Under the pieces are notes generated by a model. The model was not told where the DNA came from and did no database searches. It saw only the letters and a list, made by a program, of their open reading frames with translations. DNA of 64,000 nucleotides from assembly GCF_046119375.1 (NCBI RefSeq), contig NW_027362769.1:366048001-366112000 (forward strand), written 5' to 3'. This document shows, piece after piece, positions 60,601 through 64,000 of this stretch (positions are counted from its first letter, which is position 1; every line of letters begins with the position of its first letter). Source of the stretch: Phyllobates terribilis (lineage: Eukaryota). The position numbers and the translations under genes were made by a program.

Positions 60601-63600
60601 TCTCTCCTGCCCTCTCCCTGGTTCCGGCCTGCTCTCGCTCTGGCTCCGGCCTGCTATCGCTCCGGCATTCTCTCGCTATGTCTCCGGCTTGCTCTTGTCC
60701 TTGCTCTGGTCTGCTCTAGCTCTGGCTCCGGCCTGCCCTCGCCCTGGCTACGGCCTGCTCTCACTCTGGTTCTCGCCTGCCCTTGCTTTGGCTCCGGCCT
60801 GCTCTCGCTCTGGCTCTGGCCTGCCCTCGCCTTGGCTCCGGCCTGCTTTAGTTCTGGACTGGCCCGCCTTCGCCTTGGCTCCGGCCTGCTCTCGCTTTGG
60901 CTCCGGCCTGCCCTCGCCCTGGCTCCAGCCTGCTCTCCCTCTGGCCTGCCCTCTCCTTAGCTCTTGCCTGCTCTCACCTTGGCTCTATCCTGCTCTCGCT
61001 CTGACTCTTGCCTGCTCTCGCTCTGACTCCGGTCTGCCCTCACCATTGCTCTGGCCTGCCCTTGCCCTGGCTCCAGCGTGCCCTCGCCCTGGCTCTGGCC
61101 TGCTCACACTCTGGCTCTGACCTGCCCTCGCCCTGCCTCTGGCCTGCCCTTGCCCTTGCTCCGGCCTACTCTCGCACTGGCCATGGCCTGCCCTCGCTCT
61201 GGCTCCGGCCTTCCCTCGCCTTGGCTCCGGGCTGCGCTCTCCCTGGCCTGCCCTCGCCTTGGCTCCGGCCTGCTCTCACTTTGGCTCTGGCCTGCCTTCT
61301 CCTTGGCTCCGACCTTCTCTATCCCTCATTACGTCTTGCCCTTACCCTTGCTCCGGCCTGCTCTCGCTCTGGCCTGCCCTCGCCCTGGCTCTTGACTACT
61401 CTCGCTCTGCCTCCGGCCTTCCCTAGCTATGGCTTCGGCCTGTCCTCGCCCTGGCTCCGGCCTGCTCTCGCTCTGGCTCCGGCCTGCTCTCGCTCTGGCC
61501 TGCCTTCGCCTTGGCTTCGGCCTGCTCTCTCCTTGGCTCTGGCCTGCTCTCGCTCTTGCTCTGGCCTGCTCTCGCCTTGGCTCTGGCCTGCTCTTTCTCA
61601 GGCTCTGGCCTGCTCTTTCTGGGGCTCTGGCCTGCCCTCGACTTGGCTCCGGCCTGATTTAGCTCTGGTCTGGCCTGCGTTCGCCTTGGCCCCGGCCTGC
61701 TCTCGCCCTCGCTATGTCTTGCCCTCGCCCTGGCTCCAGCCTGCCCTCACTCTGGCTCCGGCCTACCCTCTCTCTGGCTCCGGCATGCTCTCGCTTTGGC
61801 CTGCCCTCACCCTGGCTCCGGCCTGCTCTCGCTCTAGCTCCGGCCTTCCCTTGCCCTGGCTCTGGCCGGCTTTCTCCTTGGCTCCAGCTTGCCCTCGCCC
61901 TGGCTCCGCCTACTCTCGCTCTGGCTATGGGTTGCCCTCGCTCTGGCTCCGGCCTGCTCTCACTTTGGCTCTGGCCTGCCTTCTCCTTGGCTCCGACCTT
62001 CTCTATCCCTCACTATGTCTTGCCCTCACCCTTGCTCCGGCCTGCTCTGGCTCTGGCCTGCCCTCTCCCTGGCTCCTGCCTGCTCTCACTCTGGCCTGCC
62101 CTCGCCCTGGCTCTTGACTACTCTCGCTCTGCCTCCGGTCTTCCCTAGCCATGGCTTCAGTCTGTCCTCGCCCTGGCTCCGACCTGCTCTCGCTCTGGCT
62201 CTGGCCTGCCTTCGCCTTGGCTCCGGCCTGCTCTCGCCTTGGCTCTGGCCTGCTCTCGCTCTGGCTCTGGCCTGCTCTCGCTCTGGCTCTGGCCTGCTCT
62301 TTCTGGGGCTCTGGCTTGCCCTCGACTTGGCTCCGGCCTGATTTAGCTCTGGTCTGGCCTGCTCTCGCCCTGGCTCCGGCCTGCTCTCGCCCTGGCTCCG
62401 GCCTGCTCTCTCTCTCTGGCTCTGGCCTGCTCTCTATCTGGCTCTGGACTGCCCTCTCCCTGGTTCCGGCCTGCTCTCGCTCTGGTTCCGGCCTGCTCTC
62501 GCTCCCGCTCCGGCATTCTCTCGCTCTGTCTCCGGCGTGCTCTTGTCCTTGCTCTGGTCTGCTCTAGCTCTGGCTCCGGCCTGCTCTCTCTCTGGCTCTG
62601 GCCTGCTCTCTCTCTGGCTCTGGCCTGCCCTTGCCCTTGCTCCGGCCTGCTGTAGCTCTAGCTCTGGCCTACCCTCGCACTGGCTCCGTCCTGCTCTCTC
62701 CCTGGCTCCGAATTATCCTCGCCCTGGCTCTGGCCTGGTCTCGCTCTGGCTCCGGCCATCCCTCGCCTTGGCTCCGGGCTGCTCTCTCCCTGGCCTGCCC
62801 TCGCCTTGGCTCCGGCCTGCTCTCACTTTGGCTCTGGCCTGCCTTCTCCTTGGCTCCGACCTTCTCTATCCCTCACTACGTCTTGCCCTCACCCTTGCTC
62901 CGGCCTGCTCTGGCTCTGGCCTGCCCTCTCCCTGGCTCCTGCCTGCTCTCGCTCTGGCTTGCCCTCGCCCTGGCTCTTGACTATTCTCGCTCTGCCTCCG
63001 GCCTTCCCTAGCCATGGCTTCGGCCTGCCCTCGCCCTGGCTCCGGCCTGCTCTCGCTCTGGCTCTGGCCTGCCTTCGCCTTGGCTCCGGCCTGCTCTCGC
63101 CTTGGCTCTGGCCTGCTCTCGCCCTGGCTCTGGCCTGCTCTTTCTGGGGCTCTGGCCTGCCCTCGACTTGGCTCCGGCCTGATTTAGCTCTGGTCTGGCC
63201 TGCGTTCGCCTTGGCCCCGGCCTGCTCTCGCCCTCGCTACGTCTTGCCCTTGCCCTGGCTCCAGCCTGCCCTCACTCTGGCTCCGGCCTACCCTCTCTCT
63301 GGCTCCGGCATGCTCTCGCTTTGGCCTGCCCTCACCCTGGCTCCGGCCTGCTCTCGCTCTAGCTCCGGCCTTCCCTTGCCCTTGCTCTGGCCGGCTCTCT
63401 CCTTGGCTCCAGCTTGCCCTCGCCCTGGCTCCGCCTACTCTCGCTCTGGCTATGGGTTGCCCTCGCTCTGGCTCCGGCCTGCTCTCACTTTTGCTCTGGC
63501 CTGCCTTCTCCTTGGCTCCGACCTTCTCTATCCCTCACTATGTCTTGCCCTCACCCTTGCTCCGGCCTGCTTTGGCTCTGGCCTGCCCTCTCCCTGGCTC

Positions 63601-64000
63601 CTGCCTGCTCTCGCTCTGGCCTGCCCTCGCCCTGGCTCCGGCCTGCTCTCGCTCTGACTCCGGCCTGCCTTCGCCTTGTCTCCGGCCTGCTCTCGCCTTG
63701 GCTCTGGCCTGCTCTCGCTCTGGCCTGCTCTTTCTGGGGCTCTGGCTTGCCCTCGACTTGGCTCCGGCCTGATTTAGCTCTGGTCTGGCCTGCTCTCGCC
63801 CTCGCTACGTCTTGCCCTCGCTCTGGCTCCAGCCTGCCCTCACTCTTGCTCCGGCCTACCCTCTCTCTGGCTCCGGCCTGCTCTCGCTTTGGCCTGCCCT
63901 CACCCTGGCTCCAGCCTGCTCTCTCTCTGGCTCCGGCCTGCTCTCTCTCTGGCTCCGGCCTGCTCTCTCTCTGGCTCCGGCCTGCTCTCGGTCTGGCTCT
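36667..64000. repeat. GC-rich, A-poor ~22-bp satellite (>27 kb, runs off the window)
   Basis: Consensus GGCCTGC(T/C)CTCGC(T/C)(C/T)TGGCTC(C/T) with 16- and 28-bp variants; higher-order duplications. Confidence 0.98.

Noticed and set aside
36544-63772. Hundreds of long ORFs (LALAPACSRSG... and RARAGRSQ...)
   Set aside because: By-product of an A-poor satellite that seldom forms stop codons; present in all frames with no domain content

Overview
Vertebrate genomic DNA, most likely a frog (inferred from Xenopus-like H1/H2A sequences, CR1 and TTAA-type MITEs). From left to right: (1) the 3' half of a Ty3/Gypsy LTR retrotransposon (RNase H-integrase ORF, PPT, 3' LTR); (2) a replication-dependent histone cluster H1>, H3>, H4>, <H2A, all with stem-loops and with no H2B; (3) a complete, young 4.3-kb pol-less LTR element (tRNA-Ser PBS, PPT, TATA target duplication) whose single long ORF ends in a clear cold-shock domain; (4) an 8-kb 35-bp TG-rich satellite interrupted by a solo LTR and a truncated CR1; (5) MITEs, a MADF-BESS pseudogene, another solo LTR, and a TTAA-flanked element carrying a telomere-like array; (6) more than 27 kb of an A-poor ~22-bp satellite with several higher-order domains. 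The strongest novelty candidate is the cold-shock-domain LTR element family. Its LTRs also show a second tRNA-Ser binding site in U5 and a co-varying U3-terminal hairpin, and the one complete element has an E2F-site cluster in its leader. The tandemly amplified histone downstream element behind H1 is also unusual. All alignments and coordinates were done by eye, and no database searches were run.
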